A stretch of 64,000 bases of DNA from Patescibacteria group bacterium UBA3466 (GTDB lineage: Bacteria > Patescibacteriota > Minisyncoccia > Phycocordibacterales > UBA918), in contig DFRJ01000001.1 of NCBI GenBank assembly GCA_002378195.1, positions 161,722-225,721 on the forward strand, in the 5' to 3' direction. Shown here in pieces: positions 63,006 through 64,000 of this stretch. The position numbers were made by a program, and so were the translations under genes. The notes under the pieces were generated by a model. That model did no database searches and had not been told where the DNA came from. It saw nothing but the letters and a program-made list of their open reading frames with translations. Each line of letters begins with the position of its first letter. Positions within the stretch are counted from its first letter, which is position 1.

Positions 63006-63686
63006 ATGGGATACAGCGTGCTGACTTCAATTGAACAATCTATGGTAGCGCTTTGGATTGATGTGATGAGATTTTTGCCACAATTACTATTGGCTATTTT
63101 GGTGCTGGTTGCTGGTTGGATTATCGGTCGGATTTTGGGCGGGATTGTCTGTAAGATGTTTGTGGTACTTAAGTTGGATCATGCGTTAGATAAGGCAGGA
63201 GTTGATACCCTGTCAGAGCGAGCTGGCTATCAATTTAAGCCAGGACATTTTGTCGGTGGTTTGGTGAAATGGTTTGTGATGATTGCTTTTGCTGTGGCGG
63301 CTCTTGATATTCTTCGACTTGATGTGGTGAACGTATTTATGAGGGATGTAGTGCTAGGTTATTTGCCTAATGTGTTTGCGGCGGTGTTGATTATTTTTGC
63401 AGCTGCACTGATTGCGAAGGTGGCCGACAAGTCGGTGGTGGCAGCAGTGAAAACTGGCGGGGGACACAACCCGATTCTCTTTGGAAAACTGACATATTAT
63501 ATGATCACTTCGTTTGGTGCTTTGGCGGCGCTTAGTCAATTGCAAATTGCAGAGGAGCTAGTACAAACATTCTTCACTGGTGTGATGTTGGCAGTATCGA
63601 TTGCAGTTGGTTTGGCGTTTGGTTTGGGGGGTAAGAATGCGGCGGCTAAGTTTATTGAAGGTCATATTGAGAACATGCATAAGTAG
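63006..63686 (+). CDS. Membrane protein with conserved-TM-helix repeats (MscS-N-terminal-like)
   Basis: Several amphipathic/hydrophobic helices with a repeated small-residue pattern; 226 aa. Confidence 0.35.
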   Translation: MGYSVLTSIEQSMVALWIDVMRFLPQLLLAILVLVAGWIIGRILGGIVCKMFVVLKLDHALDKAGVDTLSERAGYQFKPGHFVGGLVKWFVMIAFAVAALDILRLDVVNVFMRDVVLGYLPNVFAAVLIIFAAALIAKVADKSVVAAVKTGGGHNPILFGKLTYYMITSFGALAALSQLQIAEELVQTFFTGVMLAVSIAVGLAFGLGGKNAAAKFIEGHIENMHK

Positions 63687-63692
63687 GGGAGA

Positions 63693-63730
63693 AAAAGGCG
63701 GGTTTCCCTTCGGGAAACCCGCCTTTTTCT
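63693..63730 (+). terminator. Rho-independent terminator
   Basis: aaaaaggcgggtttccc-ttcg-ggaaacccgcctttttc. Confidence 0.85.
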
Positions 63731-64000
63731 ATAGCTATTTAGCTTGTGTATAGCCTGTTGATAAAGTGGTGAAAAAGTCGAGGTATTTTTCCAGATAGAA
63801 CGCTTGACTTTATTTTTATTTCCTATAAGATAGCGGGCACGTATTTATGAGTTTGAGTGAAAAAGCAACGTCGTAGTAAGCGAAGTCAGTCACTGATTTT
63901 ACTTGCCGCGACTGTCGCGGTTTTTTCTTTCTCAAATTCAAGGGGGTGCGCGATTCTTTGAAAATTGCATATTCAAGAGAGACAGATTGATAAGGTCTGT

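Overview
Gene-dense, about 45% GC bacterial chromosome segment of roughly 75 genes that looks like a Candidate Phyla Radiation / Patescibacteria (Parcubacteria-like) genome. Ribosomal protein L11 (rplK) is followed by a terminator with no L1 gene (rplA), S6-S18-SSB has no L9 gene, and the L10-L7/L12 pair has no rpoB downstream. There are many small secreted or membrane hypothetical proteins, and several ribosomal proteins carry acidic low-complexity tails. Recognisable core genes include uppS, an RluA-type pseudouridine synthase, rplS, nrdB-nrdA, secE-nusG-rplK, folA, dcd, thyA, glyA, ileS, recO, glyQS, metG, rpsF-rpsR-ssb, efp, an ECF sigma factor, recA, ftsK and rplJ-rplL. Accessory genes include two photolyase-family genes, two NUDIX hydrolases, mscL, a YibE/F membrane protein, a zincin protease, a SIMPL protein, a TrpR/YerC regulator and a VanY/ATP-grasp pair. 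Three tRNAs are called: Val-TAC, Leu-GAG and His-GTG. No CRISPR array, integrase or transposase was found. The most notable findings are: (1) an isoleucyl-tRNA synthetase with a complete histidine-phosphatase (PGAM-like) domain inserted in its catalytic core; (2) a class I ribonucleotide reductase with the ATP-cone on NrdB, and a short NrdA with neither ATP-cone nor C-terminal redox cysteines; (3) homologous ~200-nt elements, each bounded by a partial copy of the tRNA 3' end, downstream of both tRNA-Val and tRNA-His, plus a second repeat-flanked insertion at tRNA-His; (4) a tandem-duplicated cassette of divergent MENNK-start small membrane proteins with conserved flanks copied from the 3' end of a large secreted Vps62-like gene; (5) a family of near-identical GC-clamp terminator hairpins; (6) several long perfect palindromes or direct repeats at regulatory positions.
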